A stretch of 64,000 nucleotides of DNA from Patescibacteria group bacterium (GTDB lineage Bacteria > Patescibacteriota > Gracilibacteria > BD1-5 > UBA2023), in contig JAVHRB010000091.1 of the NCBI GenBank assembly GCA_036171455.1, forward strand, positions 2,977-66,976, given 5' to 3'. Positions 45,778 to 58,771 of the stretch are shown here, in pieces. Both the position numbers and the translations under genes were made by a program. Numbering within the stretch: position 1 is the first letter of the stretch; every line of letters begins with the position of its first letter. Under the pieces are notes generated by a model that ran no database searches, was not told where the DNA came from, and was given only the letters and a program-made list of their open reading frames with translations.

Positions 45778-46497
45778 ACGAACTTTGTGAAAAAGCAATT
45801 TTGTTTAGTATATGAAAATCACTTAAAATCTCAAGTTTTCATCTATACATAGAGGAAGTCAGTCATTGGTAATGCTGATTGAAATTGCGTTTCTTTATGA
45901 AAAAGAATGTATTAATATTCTTATATTATGATATGTGGTATTTCTATGAGAAACATATAAGAACTGAAACATATTTTCAATGAGTTCTTATTGTTTCGAT
46001 TAGGAATTGACTGGGTGGCATACCCGTTCTTCAAAACCCCCTACCCAAAAAGAAGAACCGATATGCTTGTCGTTAGCCACTACCACTCAACCCTATTTCA
46101 GGTCTATCGTTCGTTTGACTCAAAAAGCCAAAACATCGATTTTTCAAACGTTTCCTATGTTGGAATTGTCTGTTCCAGGAAATACCTCGCATTAAGGCAT
46201 ATTGCGACCCAATTATTGTGGTTTTATGTTCCTGGCAATGAGCCCACCACTTTGGGACGACCGTTTATACTCGGCCAACCTATGATGACCTAATAGGAGG
46301 TTCAGTGAAAAAACTCAAGCGATTTTTTCAAAAAGTCGTTTTTTATGTTTTTTTGAATTTTTCAAACCCTCGTTTTTCCCTTTGGTGTGCCGTTCCGTGT
46401 CAAAACACAAAAAACGCTGAAAACTTTTTTCAAAAATCACTTGAAAAAACGCAAGATATTTTGAATTAAAGATTATTACTTCCTAACCCATACCCAT

Positions 46498-46971
46498 ATG
46501 GAAAAGCAAAAAACCCAATTGCGAACCGAAACTTTGGTTCCAAAAGACGATGGAAATATCAAGAAAAAAGATGACCTGACTGATAATGGCTCGTTCTTCA
46601 TTTTTCTTTTCGTCTGAATAGCCTTGTTCCTTTTCTTTCAATCACCTTCAAAAAACGCTGAAAAAAGGAACTGACACCAAAACAACCGTTCCATTGCTAA
46701 TTCGGAAGAAAAGAAACTTCAAGACAAGGTCAAAAACTTGGAGTATTCCATTAAAACCATTTCACTCAAAAAGAGAGAATTAGAAAATGAGATACGCAAA
46801 ATCGAAATGGAGAGCCTTATGGACGACAAATCGAACCCTTACGATACCGAACTCAAACTTGATAAACTCAAAATGAGACTGGAAGAACTCGCTATGAACG
46901 AGGAAAAGAAGTTCGACGAGCTTGAAGAAGCGAACCGTTCTTTGAACGAATACCTATCACCTAACCAATAA
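46498..46971 (+). CDS. hypothetical TM + coiled-coil protein, 157 aa
   Basis: ATG 46498, same frame as ORF 46738..46971 across two TGA. TM segment SFFIFLFV-[TGA]-IALFLFF. Confidence 0.6.
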
Positions 46972-46976
46972 AACCT

Positions 46977-47693
46977 ATGACAAACATAAAAGACCCGTTC
47001 TATCACGATGAAATCACCTGTGAAGACCTCGTGGAAGCCTCAAAGATACCGTTATTTTTAGACTTCCAACAAGACGAAAAAAGATGAAGCCTCATCAAAT
47101 GAATGCTCGCACACCCCCAGCTTATGGCTATTGCTCTTGATTTAAGGCTCCCAGAACTTGAGCTTATCTACAAAGAGGAACTCTTACTATGGAAAGTCGT
47201 GCTCGAAAAACTGCTTTTCATTCACAATCACAAGTCCAACTACCAATTCAATAATATTACTTTGACGACGCTTCTGATAAATGGCAGCAAGAGAATTGGA
47301 AATTGTATCGTGCTATTTAATGCCCGACCAAAAAGAGACGGAACGAACCCGGCTGGGTATCGCAAGGTCAAGAACCTTTGATATGTTGTTCCAACAAAAA
47401 CATTGGAACCGAACCTGAATGACGGCATCGTTCCAGATATTTCAAACATTGAAGAAAGAATATTCAAATGAATAACCAACTTGCTGAACGAAAAGAACTT
47501 CTCGGTTCGCAGGGTGAATGCCTTATGAACGAAACAATGGCAAGCACGTCTTATTTATTCCAAAGCATACGAACTTGGACTTTTTGAAATACATCCCAAG
47601 AACCAAAACGAAAAAATCTATCACGAAGAAAAGTTTGAGCTTCTAACCAAAGATATGGTGCTTGATATACTCGCGATGGAAAATGTGGTCTAA
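46977..47693 (+). CDS. hypothetical protein, 238 aa
   Basis: ATG 46977, same frame as ORF 47103..47381, several TGA, TAA 47691-47693. Confidence 0.6.
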
Positions 47694-47710
47694 TTCGTGA
47701 AAAAATAGCG

Positions 47711-47740
47711 GAAAACCACCGAGCGGGTTTCGGTGGTTTT
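47711..47740 (+). terminator. rho-independent terminator
   Basis: Stem ccaccga / tcggtgg followed by a T-run. Confidence 0.7.
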
Positions 47741-47865
47741 TGCGTTTTGTTATGTGTCGAAACGCAAAACAAGAAAATATCACTTTCCGCTTAAAATAGC
47801 GGAAAGGAGCAGACAAAAAATGAAAAATACATATAATGCGTATGTATTTTTTAAGAACGTTTCAT

Positions 47866-48564
47866 ATGGGTCAATTTTTTGAAGCGGGAACATACACCAA
47901 AAACGAGCTTATGTGGCTCTCAAAGCAAAAAAAAGAATTCGCACTCAAACACCACCCAGATAGAGGTTGAAGCCAATGGTGTTTTGTTGCGATGATGAAA
48001 GAATATGAAACTATCAAAGAAGCCATTAAAAATCTCTGACAATACGAGCAAGTTTTACCAGCAAAGAATGGGAATTGAAGGTCTCGTTTTTATAGCGGAA
48101 CAAAAACCATTGAAGAAGAGATACGAGCTCAAAAGGAATACCTCAAAGAAAAAAGGCAAAGGGAACGTGCTGAAAGATACTCGGCAAAAAGGCTCATATC
48201 TTATATTTTAGACATTCTTTCAGGTTCAAAAGTCCAAACGATGCTCTTGGTGGCTTCTTTTCCATTCATATTCCGCTGGGGTCTTCCATATGGAATAGAG
48301 GGTATTTTGGTGCTTTTCAGTATTCATTTGATTGTTGCCTGCGTGCTTGGGAAAAATCTTTTGGCGTTTCTTTCCATAGTTATCTTTTCACTCATAGCGA
48401 AAAGCTACGAGCCAATTATTCCATTTGAAGTTTGGAACACCGTTTGAAACACGGTCAATTTTTTGATTTTCACACTCATCATCTCAACGATTGCCCGAGT
48501 GAAACCAAGAGAAGAACCTATGGACTGGGACGACTTATGAAACAGGGCAAAACAGTTCGTATAA
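47866..48564 (+). CDS. J-domain (DnaJ-like) membrane protein, 232 aa
   Basis: ATG 47866. Same frame as ORF 48241..48447. J-domain KHHPDRG-[TGA]. C-terminal half has about 4 hydrophobic helices. Confidence 0.7.
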
Positions 48565-48712
48565 TCAGTGTTGGCTTTCCCATTGGGTTGCTTACCATAA
48601 GGCAAGACCGATTTGATTTTTTTACGGTTTTCCATATATTTAAGAGCGTTTTTTCCTACTACAATTTCCAACAAAGAAATTCACACACCATAAAATCTAA
48701 CCCTTCGCTCAT

Positions 48713-50701
48713 ATGTCTCATCATGACTTCAAAAAATCACTTTTGGAATTACTAAAGGCAGATGAGCGACTTTGGCAAGATGGCGAATTCAATCAAACAC
48801 GCCTATTTGATTTGGTAGATAAACACGATGGTGTGTTATTAGGACTATTGCTTGGCAACGAAGAGCTCAAAGCGAAATTTTTTGTAAATGTAAATGAAAT
48901 TTACGTCTTCAAGGGGCAGGAATTCAAGTTCTTTTTGGACGAAAACAAACTTGATAACAGCTATACGCAATTTGAAAACGTCATAGGTCTGAAAATTGGC
49001 AAGAAAATGCTGAAAGACCGTGATGAGGTCGTATTAAATTTCCCATTCAAGGACTGTATTCTTCAATGAGGACAGAGCCGTGATGATGGTTTAGATATTT
49101 GATTTGAATACGACGAAGCGTCCAATGATTTCCAAGAAGTGGAAGCCAAACGGAAAGAAGTGTTCTTCAATGAGATACTTGCCAAAGACGAAATAGACCG
49201 ATTGGAGGCTAAAAAAGTGCTGAAAAATTGGAAACGATATTCAAAAGATGGTGAAGTCGCGGTATGAAAATTGAAGCGAGATAGCGATGGAACGATACAA
49301 GAAAACCTAATTATCAAGGGGAATAATCTTTTGGCACTCCATAGCCTCAAAAATGAGTTCGCAGGCAAGGTGAAACTCATCTACATAGACCCACCATACA
49401 ATACTGGTTCTGACAGCTTCAAGTATAATGATAACTTCAATCATAGCACTTGGCTGACTTTTATGAAAAATCGGCTGGAAGTGGCAAAAGAGTTATTGAG
49501 AGACGATGGAGTGATTTTCGTTCAGTGTGATGATAACGAGCAGGCTTATTTGAAAGTTCTAATGGACGAGGTCTTTTGAAGCTGAAATTTCATAGATACT
49601 TTCATATGGAAAAATACAGACAATGCCCCAACACTATCAAAAAAGGTAAGATGAGGGTGGGAATTTATTCATTGTTTTGAAAAAAGAATAGATTTATCTA
49701 AAGCTTATATTTGAAGGCAGAGCAATAATGACGATGCGCCACTATTAAATACCTGAAATTCACCGTCCATATTACGGTTCCCAGAATGAACCATTCACTT
49801 CAACATTAGTGATTGAGTTTATAAAAAATGAACTTATGACCGCATTGAATTATTAAATGACCTTATCGTTGTTAATAGTCTTAATAAAAATGCTATAGAA
49901 ATAAGATGAGAATTTAAGTGGAATAAAAAAATGCTGGACGCTGAAATTTCCAAAGAAACTTATTTTTTAGTAAAGACAGGAAAGTTTTCCATTAGATATC
50001 AAAGAAAGGACGCGTCAAACATTGCGCCAGAAAAATTTATTGACGTCCCCTATCTCAATAAGGCTGTCTGAATTGATACAAATGAAGACTCAAAGAAGGA
50101 AATAAGTGCTTTGGGAATTGATTTTCCATCTTTTCCGAAACCAGAAAGCCTCATTTTATTCCTGATAAGAACAATAACTACACAAGGAGATATTGTTCTT
50201 GATTATCATTTATGAAGTGGCACGACTGCCGCAGTAGCTCATAAAATGGGCCGACAATACATAGGAGTAGAGCAAATGGGGTATATTGAAACTATTGCCG
50301 TTGAAAGAATGAAAAAAGTGATTGAATGAGAGCAGGGCGGTATTAGTAAGACTGTAAATTGGCAAGGTGGCGGAGATTTTGTTTATTTTGAGCTTGCCGA
50401 ATGGAATGAAGAAGCAAAAAAGCACATTCAAAAAGCTGAAAGTATCGAAGAATTGGAGAATTTTTTTGAAGTTATGTATGAGCGATATTTCTTGAACTAC
50501 AACGTAAGGGTAAAGGACTTTAAGGAAAAAGTTCTTACAGATAACAAGTTCAGAGGGCTTCCATTGGAAAGACAGAAGGAAATGTTTGCGAGAATGCTGG
50601 ACCTGAACCAAATGTATGTGAATTTTACTGAACGCAATGATAAAAAGTTCGGTATTTCAAGTACTGATATCACTTTGAGTGAGGAATTTTATAAAAACTA
50701 A
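48713..50701 (+). CDS. mod: type III R-M DNA methyltransferase (Mod), 662 aa
   Basis: Fragments 48713..49069, 49271..49579 and 50453..50701 are in one frame. Motif IV IYIDPPYNTG, C-terminal AdoMet motif VLDYHL-[TGA]-SGTTAAVA. About 15 TGA. Confidence 0.92.
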
Positions 50702-50710
50702 TCTTTTCTA

Positions 50711-52543
50711 ATGAGCGAGATACGAATTAATAGCATCAAGATTAAAAATTATCGTTCATTTTGAAATGAAGAGCAGATTATTGAGTTCCCAGATAAAGAC
50801 TATAAAAGACCCGTTGCGATTGTTTGATACAACAATGCGTGAAAGAGTAATTTAATGAATGCTATCTTGTATGGTATCGGTCAAGAATACGTATGAGATA
50901 AGGAATTTACTAAAACCGATTTATTCAAATTAGATTATCAAAACCTTCTTCGAATAACTACCAAATTAGAAGGTTCATTTTATGATTGCGAACCTTATTA
51001 CGACAAACAAACAAGAGGCACTCTTAATAAGAAATCGATTACTGGCGAGTATCAAATCAATACAAAACTTGAAGACGGAGAGCTTCAATGAAAAATGTCG
51101 CCTTCAATGTTTTGAATGAATAAGCACTATCAGATTTTTTATGTCAATTTTCATCAAATCAAAGACCAGATATCTACTCAAAAAACAAGTTGGGGAAACA
51201 TGAAGTCCTTTTTGGGGAAACATATAAATAAATTAATCGAAGATGATGCTATTATTAACGGGAGAAAACAGAGATTTAAGGAAGAAATCGGGGCAGCAAC
51301 AAAGAACGTCATTGAGTGAAATGCTGATGAAGACGAAGCCAAATCGAAATTGTTTCAGTTCATAGAAACGATTAAGAAGAACTACGAAACAAACTTGCGG
51401 AACAGCGCCTGCGTAGTCGATTTTTGATTGCCCGATTATGAAGATATTTTTCTTCAAATGTTTTTTAAGATTTGATTGAATTGAAACACGGACAACCTTG
51501 TTCCTATAAGCAATTTTTGAGACGGCTTTATATCAATGTTTGTCATGTCCGTAATTCAGGCCATTGCCGAAAGCAATAGCACTGACAAATGCTTGTTTTT
51601 ATTCGAAGAACCCGAGAGCTTCTTACACGAAAACCATCAAGAATATTTTTATAAGACGGTATTATGCTGATTGGCAGAGAAATGACACCAAGTGATATAC
51701 ACGACGCATTCGGACAAAATGATTGATATCTTTGATACCAAAGGTTTGATTAGGCTTGAAAATGACGATAGCACCTGAACGATTGTAAAATATAACAACA
51801 CCGAAGATTTCTCACCAATTTTGAGTATTCCACCAGACAGTGATGAAGATGCTGTTTCCGATGCGGAAAACGAAGTCTATAATCAATATATAAAAAGCAT
51901 TGAACCAAACCTGAATAAAATCTTATTCAGCAAAAAAGTCATATTGGTTGAATGACCTAATGACCTTATGGCGTATTCTTTCGCCATAAAGCAAAGAATT
52001 GAAAAACTCGAAGCGGAGAACACCAAGATTTCCGACAAGAAGAAGTATGCGGAAACCTTCCTGAATTTTCACAATATCGTCATTATTCCGCATCACTGAA
52101 AAGCAACGGCACTCTTGCTTATTCAATTGTGTAAGCATATAAAAGTCGATTATTTCGTTATTAACGATTTTGATTTCGAACCCAGCGAATTAAGCGTATC
52201 AACATTATCTTGAATTGACACGCCCGAAGCACTGAAGGAGCAAAACGCCTATATAAGTGCTGAAACGGGCAAAAAATGAATGATGACAGTGAATTTCAAC
52301 CTGATACGAGCGGCTTCATCTGAAAAAATTCATTTTAACGTTCCGAGATTTGAGGAAGCTATTTGATACTGAAGGAATGATAAAAATGCCGTGAGAATAT
52401 GGAAGCACCTTAACGGCATGTCTTCATTCGGCGAAGGCTTCTTTCCAAGAAAATTGGAAGATTTTCTACTCAATAGAATTTCGGAAGTTCAAACAATTTC
52501 AGAAAGCACAGATGAAATACAAATGACGAATACTCCTTTCTAA
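50711..52543 (+). CDS. OLD-family ATP-dependent endonuclease (ABC-type ATPase + TOPRIM), 610 aa
   Basis: ATG 50711, 9 nt after the mod stop. Walker A IV-[TGA]-YNNA-[TGA]-KSN, Walker B LFLFEEPESFLH, TOPRIM VILVE-[TGA]-PNDL and FVINDFD. TAA 52541-52543. Confidence 0.85.
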
Positions 52544-52549
52544 AAAATT

Positions 52550-55273
52550 ATGACAAAAGCGCCTCTACACCAACAAATCAAAGAGCAAATCGGTAGCAAG
52601 ACCGTTGCCAAGATTGGAATACCTCCCTATATTACAGACAACCTGAAATATAGTCTTTTTGATTGGCAGAAGGACGCTATTCGTCATTTTTTGGCTTTTA
52701 ACGAAAGTGAATACGAATTCGAAAAACCGGAGCAATCTCCATTTCATTTGCTCTTCAATATGGCGACTGGAACCGGTAAGACCCTCCTTATGGCAAGTTT
52801 GATACTGTATTATTACAAGAAGTGATACAGGAGCTTTGTCTTTTTCGTAAATCAAAACAATATCGTCGACAAAACGGAAAACAACTTTATCGATAAGAAC
52901 CACGCGAAATATCTATTCAATCAGAATATCGTCATAGACGAGAAAAACGTCAAAATCAAAAAGGTCGAAACCTTTTCTAACGATAGTGAAAACATAGAAA
53001 TAAAATTCACTTCGATACACAAACTCCACAACGATATCTACAAGGTTCGGGAAAACGCCATATATCTCGAAGACTTACAAAAACGAGATATCGTAATGCT
53101 TGGTGACGAGGCCCATCATTTGAATGCTGATACCAAGAAGAAGAAAAGCAACCAAATGGAAGTTTCGCTCGAATTCACGGAAGAGCTCACTGAAAAAGCA
53201 GGACAGGACGCCATAGAAAAGAGTTGGGAAAATACCGTCATCAACAAGATACTCCACAAAGACCATAAAAATCAGTTCGAAAACAAGAACGTTCTTTTGG
53301 AATTCACAGCCACCGTTCCAGATGACGAAGAAGTTCAAAAGAAATATCAGAACAGAATTATCTTTTCATTCGACCTCAAAGAATTCTTAAAAGCCTGATA
53401 TACCAAAGAAATCAACCTGATTTCGTCCAGTTTCGAAAGAAAAGAACGAATACTCCAGGCCTTGCTTTTGAACTGGTATCGCCAGAAAATTGCCACGGAA
53501 CATGGTATAGCTAATTTCAAAGGCGTGGTTTTGTTCCGCAGTAAGGACATTGCTTCTTCCAAAGAAGATTTCGAAGTGTTTCACAACATCATCGAAAATC
53601 TCTCCATATCAGACTTCGATTTCTTGAAACGCATAGGTTCCGAACTCACGGAGTGAAACGCCAGCTACGAAAAGTGAGTAAGTCGCATCAAGGAAATGGC
53701 AAAAACCATTCAAGGCGAATGAGTACTTGGCGAGGCAATACAATACATTCAATATGGTTTCAAAAAAGAAAACTGTATCATCACGAACTCCGAAAACAAC
53801 AAAACACAAAAAGAAAAGACGAGCGAATGACAGGAAAAATTGTTAAATAGCCTCGAAAATCACAACAACCACATTCGTGCCATATTCACGGTTCAAAGAC
53901 TAACCGAATGATGGGACGTATTGAACCTTTTTGATATCGTTCGATTATATGAAAAACAAAACACGGGGTGAAGCTCCATAAAATGAAAAACGCCAACGAC
54001 TTCCGAAGTCCAACTCATAGGCCGAGGCGTTCGTTATTACCCATTTGATTATGGCGATAAGCTGAAAATCAAAAGAAAATTCGATGACGATTTGGAACAC
54101 CCGCTTCGAATACTCGAAGAACTTTTCTATCATAGCGATAACGATAGCAAATACGTTTCCGACTTGAAGAACGAGTTAAAGAAGGAATGATACATTCAGG
54201 ACAATAGGACTATAAAGACATTCAAGCTAAAACAGGAATTCAAAGGGACTGATTTTTACAAGAACCTGTATATCGCACTGAATAATCAGGTCGATAACCC
54301 AAACCGTAGAAAGATTACACTCGACGAAATACGTGAAGAATTTTCATTCGAATACGAATTATCAGCATACTCGATAACAGAAGAAGAAATAGTCCTTCAG
54401 GAAAAAAGTGATATTACGAAATATCAGAAAAAGGAATGAGTCAAAACAACGTTCTCAAAAGCACTGAAAGATTTCGACTATCATATTTTCAGAAAAGCAA
54501 TTGCGATAAAATCGAAATACGACAATTCAATTTTTCAATTCGAAAAATTGAAGGACGAATTGAATATCGAAAGCGTCGATGACTTGCTGAAAGATGAGTT
54601 CCTTGGTTCGTTTTCCATCAATGTGGTGATAGAAAAATGAATGAGCTTCGAAGATATTTCAACTGACACGCAATTGGCTATCTTATCAAAGTTCTTCGAT
54701 GAAGTATCAGTGAAACTGAAACAATTCTCGAACCCATACAATGGCGACGAATTCAAGCTCGTGAAATTTTCTGACAATTTCTACGATAAGGAAAAGATGG
54801 TCGATATCACTGCGAATGCCTCATCGTTGGAACAAGACTTAATCAATACGGAATGGTATGTATTGAATGGTTTTAATGGTAGCTCGGAAGAAGAAAATCT
54901 CATTCGTGTTATAACGAAGACCATTTGAAACTTACAGGACGAATACGACCAAGTATATTTGCTTCGAAATGAAGAAGTATTGAAAATCTATGACTTTCAG
55001 ACTGGTATGGGGTTTCAGCCAGATTTCCTATTGTTCCTGAAAGAAAAGTGAAAAAACAATTACTATCAGATATTCATTGAACCAAAGGGGGCTCACTTGC
55101 TTGAAAAAGACGAGTGGAAGAATGTATTCTTAAAAGAGATAACAGCTCGCTATGGCGTAGAAAATACCCTTCAATTCGCAAACGATGATTACATCATCAT
55201 AGGACTGCCGCTTTATAACAAAGACTACTCGAAAGAATTTGATGAAAACTTCCAGCCGTTGCTTGGAAAATAA
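52550..55273 (+). CDS. res: type III restriction enzyme Res subunit (SF2 helicase-nuclease), 907 aa
   Basis: Fragments 52550..52825, 53096..53398, 53462..53656 and 54641..54928 are in one frame. Motif I MATGTGKT, motif II MLGDEAHH, TE-[TGA]-WDV. C-terminal nuclease-like QPDFLLFLKEK ... IFIEPKG. Confidence 0.92.
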
Positions 55274-55277
55274 TATA

Positions 55278-55304
55278 AACGCCCCCAATTTTGGGGGCGT
55301 TTTA
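55278..55304 (+). terminator. rho-independent terminator after res
   Basis: aaacgccccc-aatt-ttgggggcgtttt. Confidence 0.85.
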
Positions 55305-55674
55305 CTTACCGTTAATCTTACAAGTATAGTCGAATGAATAAATCACTTTTAGTTTCTTACTCGTCGTCATCTTCTTCGTCCTCACATCTTTCCACGACCA
55401 CTTTGTAGGCGTTTTCTACGAATTCATAGGCTTCGGAGAAGTGTTCCCGTATGTATTCCACGAGCGGCAAAAACGTTTCAATATGTTTAATCTTTCTTTG
55501 ATTGGGGGAGCCATTCAACAATTCAAGCAGAAATCTCAGACTTGCTCTGGGATTTTTGTTTTGTCATTATCAAAGTAAACAAGCCTGTATTTCACTTACC
55601 TAGGAATTTATGGTGCAGTTGTTGTATTTTTTGCAACAACTGCTTTTTATACAATTACCTTATAAAATAAAGTC

Positions 55675-56523
55675 CTATTTTAAAGATTTCAATTTTTGCT
55701 TTCCCTGCTTCGGCGGTAGATAATTCTCACCGCTCACTACCCTTTTTCCCGTCTTAGATTCAAGCTCCAAACGAGCCTTTTTCGCAATATTTCCACCAGT
55801 TTTGCCCGCCTCTTTGTTTTCGTCCATACCATCAGCCAAAATGGTTTCAGCAATTTGCCTCGTCGAGAGTTCGGCAAGTGCCGTGAAGATAAGTTCCGCC
55901 TCGCTCATGTGATCACGAAGATTCTGCGATTTCAGACCTTTTAAGCTCTTATGATCACGTACGGAGAGTCCAGTCCACTCCTCGTGGATAATATTCGTGA
56001 GAATCGCAAATTCTTGCCCCTCCTGTATGCTGTGTTCTTTCCAGTAATCCGTAAGGTTATTTCGGGTTTCTTGTCCCATCATGCGTTGTGCAATCCATTT
56101 TTCGCTCCGGCCGTGCTTTTTCCAGTTATCCCGCGCTCGGTCGAGGGATTTTTCCGGATCCGAAATTTCTTGAATTCGTTCGTATCCGACCTTGGCAAGC
56201 CAAAGCTTGATTGGTTCGGCTTTTTTGGATGGCACCGATTGAATGAGGCGCAAAAGGACTTCTACAGTAGCTACGTCGGTCAGATATTTCTTTCCATCCG
56301 CAGCCTCCAATTTCAGTCGGTCACAATTTGTGACCACCTCGCTTCACTCCTTCTTTAAGCGGTTTTTCAGGGTAGACCAATACGATTTTGCTTTACTGTA
56401 ATCCCCTTGATCTGTAAGTGCCGCAACGATATCGATCACGGAAAAATACCAAGTCTCCGTTTTTTCGTCGTATTGGCGGCGAATGTTGAAATTTTCGAAT
56501 ATGGCGAGGGTTTGGTCGGTCAT
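55675..56523 (-). CDS. Bro-N / DNA-damage-inducible protein D-like (phage antirepressor family), 282 aa
   Basis: Fragments 56344..56646 and 55675..56337 are in one frame across TGA 56344-56346. ATG 56523 (MTDQTLAIFENFNIRRQYDEKTETWYFSVIDIVAALT). Confidence 0.85.
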
Positions 56524-56611
56524 ACGATGGCGGTTAGAAAGTAAAAAAATGTGATTTCTCATGGTGATTCCTCCAATTTTCCTGCCTATATGATTTGGAT
56601 TAAAAATTTGA

Positions 56612-56632
56612 AATATGCATTTTTTGCATATT
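56612..56632. promoter_or_regulatory. 8-bp-arm perfect palindrome (candidate operator) upstream of the Bro-N gene
   Basis: aatatgca-ttttt-tgcatatt, about 90 nt upstream of ATG 56523. Confidence 0.4.
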
Positions 56633-56878
56633 GCCTGTATTATCAATAATTGTTTCTTGGTCTATGAAATAGTAGGGATAAAGTTCGAATTTGCATCAGA
56701 AAAATACAAGAAAAAAGGTATCCAAGCCTAAATGTTAAAATACTTATACCAAATTTCCACTTATGATGAGATGCTGTTAATCTCATTTCTCATCTCCTCC
56801 AAAGTTCGGATCCATTCACCGCCAAACAAAACCGCCTGGTTTGCCAGAAGATTCTATAGACCGAAAATTCCAAAATTA

Positions 56879-58771
56879 TTACATCTGATGAACCAATTCA
56901 ATACCGATCAGATTTGCTCCTTTTTTCATAATGTTTTGAACTTCCTTTAAAATGGATATACGCAAATTTTTCATTGCGGGTTCTGATTTTAAAATGTTCA
57001 CTCTTCCGTAGTAAGTATTGAAAGATTGCGACAATTCAAAAAGGTATTTGGCCAAAGTATTAGGTGACAAGTTTTTATAGGCATCTTCCACTGCCTGATA
57101 ATACTCCGCAGCTTTTTTAATGAGCATATAATCTTCATTATCCAGTTCGGAACTGACTTCTGATTCCTTAACAGATTCATTCTTCAAAAGCACCCCACAA
57201 AGCCTCGCATAAGAGTACATGAGATAGGCCCCAGTTTCTCACTCCATGTCGAGTACCGTATTGATATCAAAGACGATATCCTTGTTGATATCGAATTTCG
57301 TCAGAAAGTACCTGAAAGAACCAATTGCGAGTTTTTCAGATACTTCTTCTACCCATGTTTCATCAGTTTCGGGATTCCTATCTCTTGTTTCCTTCATAGC
57401 CTTTTTTTTCATGATATCCAAGGTCTCATCTATAGTTACAAACCAACCTTTTCGACTAGAAAACGGAAGTCTGGTTTTCGATTTCTCGTCATCATTCAGT
57501 TTGAATCCGAAATCCTCAAGTGTTGAGGGGCTAATATAGACGACTCCGTATGCCAAATGTCGATATTTTCTTTCCCCTTGGGTCTTTTCAATGATTTCAA
57601 GAGCTGCTGAAACTACTGATTGCGGGGTGGATTGGCGATTATCGATAACTGAAATTGCCTGGTCATAGTGGGAAAATTCCTTTTGCAATCGGATTTCTTC
57701 TTCATTTGAATGAAGCGTTCCCATAGTAGTGTACACCACCCCCTCTCCGGGCTGATCACAAAATTTTTCAAATCCAAAACTTTTTTCCAGAAGACCGAGC
57801 TTCCACATCGCATAGGCAATATCCTTGCCGACATAGGTAGCAACTCCATCGCTCTTTATGAGTATTTGGTATTGTTTTTCAACATTCTGAAACTCTTTTA
57901 CTTGACTCAGATCAATTACCCAGCAATTTTTTGCCTCTCCTTCGGTAGCATAAGAAATAACCCCCAGTTTTTTCAGTTTTTCGATGGCTTCTGCAAAAAA
58001 ATCAAGATGAAGAATATCCGTTTCCCAATTGATAAGATTAAAGTGAGCATTCATTCTCCAACAACTCTCGAACTGAGCAATGGTACATTTTCTCGTGTAT
58101 TCTTTGAGGAGTGCATGGATTTTTTCATCTGATCCCTCTTCTATGGTTTTCAAGGTTTTTGAAAGTATGCTTTTAAATTCTGGTTCCTCGTCCTTGGCTC
58201 GCATTTCTGTATATATTTCTCAGCAGTAGTGATCGAATTTCTTGTCGGTCTCCAGTTTATACCCATAGTGAGTATGCCCCACCATATTATAGCCGACGTT
58301 CACTCCACTGTCATCACCGTAATTGACCGCATGTACTTTATCTCCGTGCTCCCGAATGATTCTGATAAGCGAATCTCCAATACAGACATTTCTCGCCTGT
58401 CAGATATGAAGTGGTTTGTTCGGATTGGCGTTCATGTATTCTACGAGCACTTTTTTTCAGGAAGATTCCCCCACCCTCTTTCATTCCTCAAAAAGCATGC
58501 CCATAAAGGCATTACGATTTACAAATGCGTTCAAATACGCTCCTACGCTCTCGAATCTCGAAAATACGTTAGAGCTCAGAGTTTTTGCCAATTTTTCCGC
58601 TATTTCAGAAGGATTTTTCCCGAGTTTTTTCGACAAATGGAAACATGGGAGAGAGTAATCTCAAAGCTCTGGTTTTTTTGGTATTTCGATAAAACTACTC
58701 AGGTCCATTTCCAATCAAAGCTCCGTCTCTATGAGATCAGACAACACTTCTTTGTACTGATTTAAACGCAT
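56879..58771 (-). CDS. argS: arginine--tRNA ligase, 630 aa
   Basis: Fragments 57239..58204 and 56879..57220 are in one frame, with the N-terminal part open through TGA to ATG 58771. HIGH-type motif NPNKPLHI-[TGA]-QARN. DALR anticodon-binding C-terminus ending ...ELVHQM. Confidence 0.95.

Noticed and set aside
55357-55567. Small acidic protein ending in ...ERCEDEEDDDE downstream of the Bro-N gene.
   Set aside because: The only ATG (55567) is in a different frame from the long acidic frame, so a frameshift or a non-ATG start would be needed. It may be a pseudogene, but the evidence is too weak to annotate.
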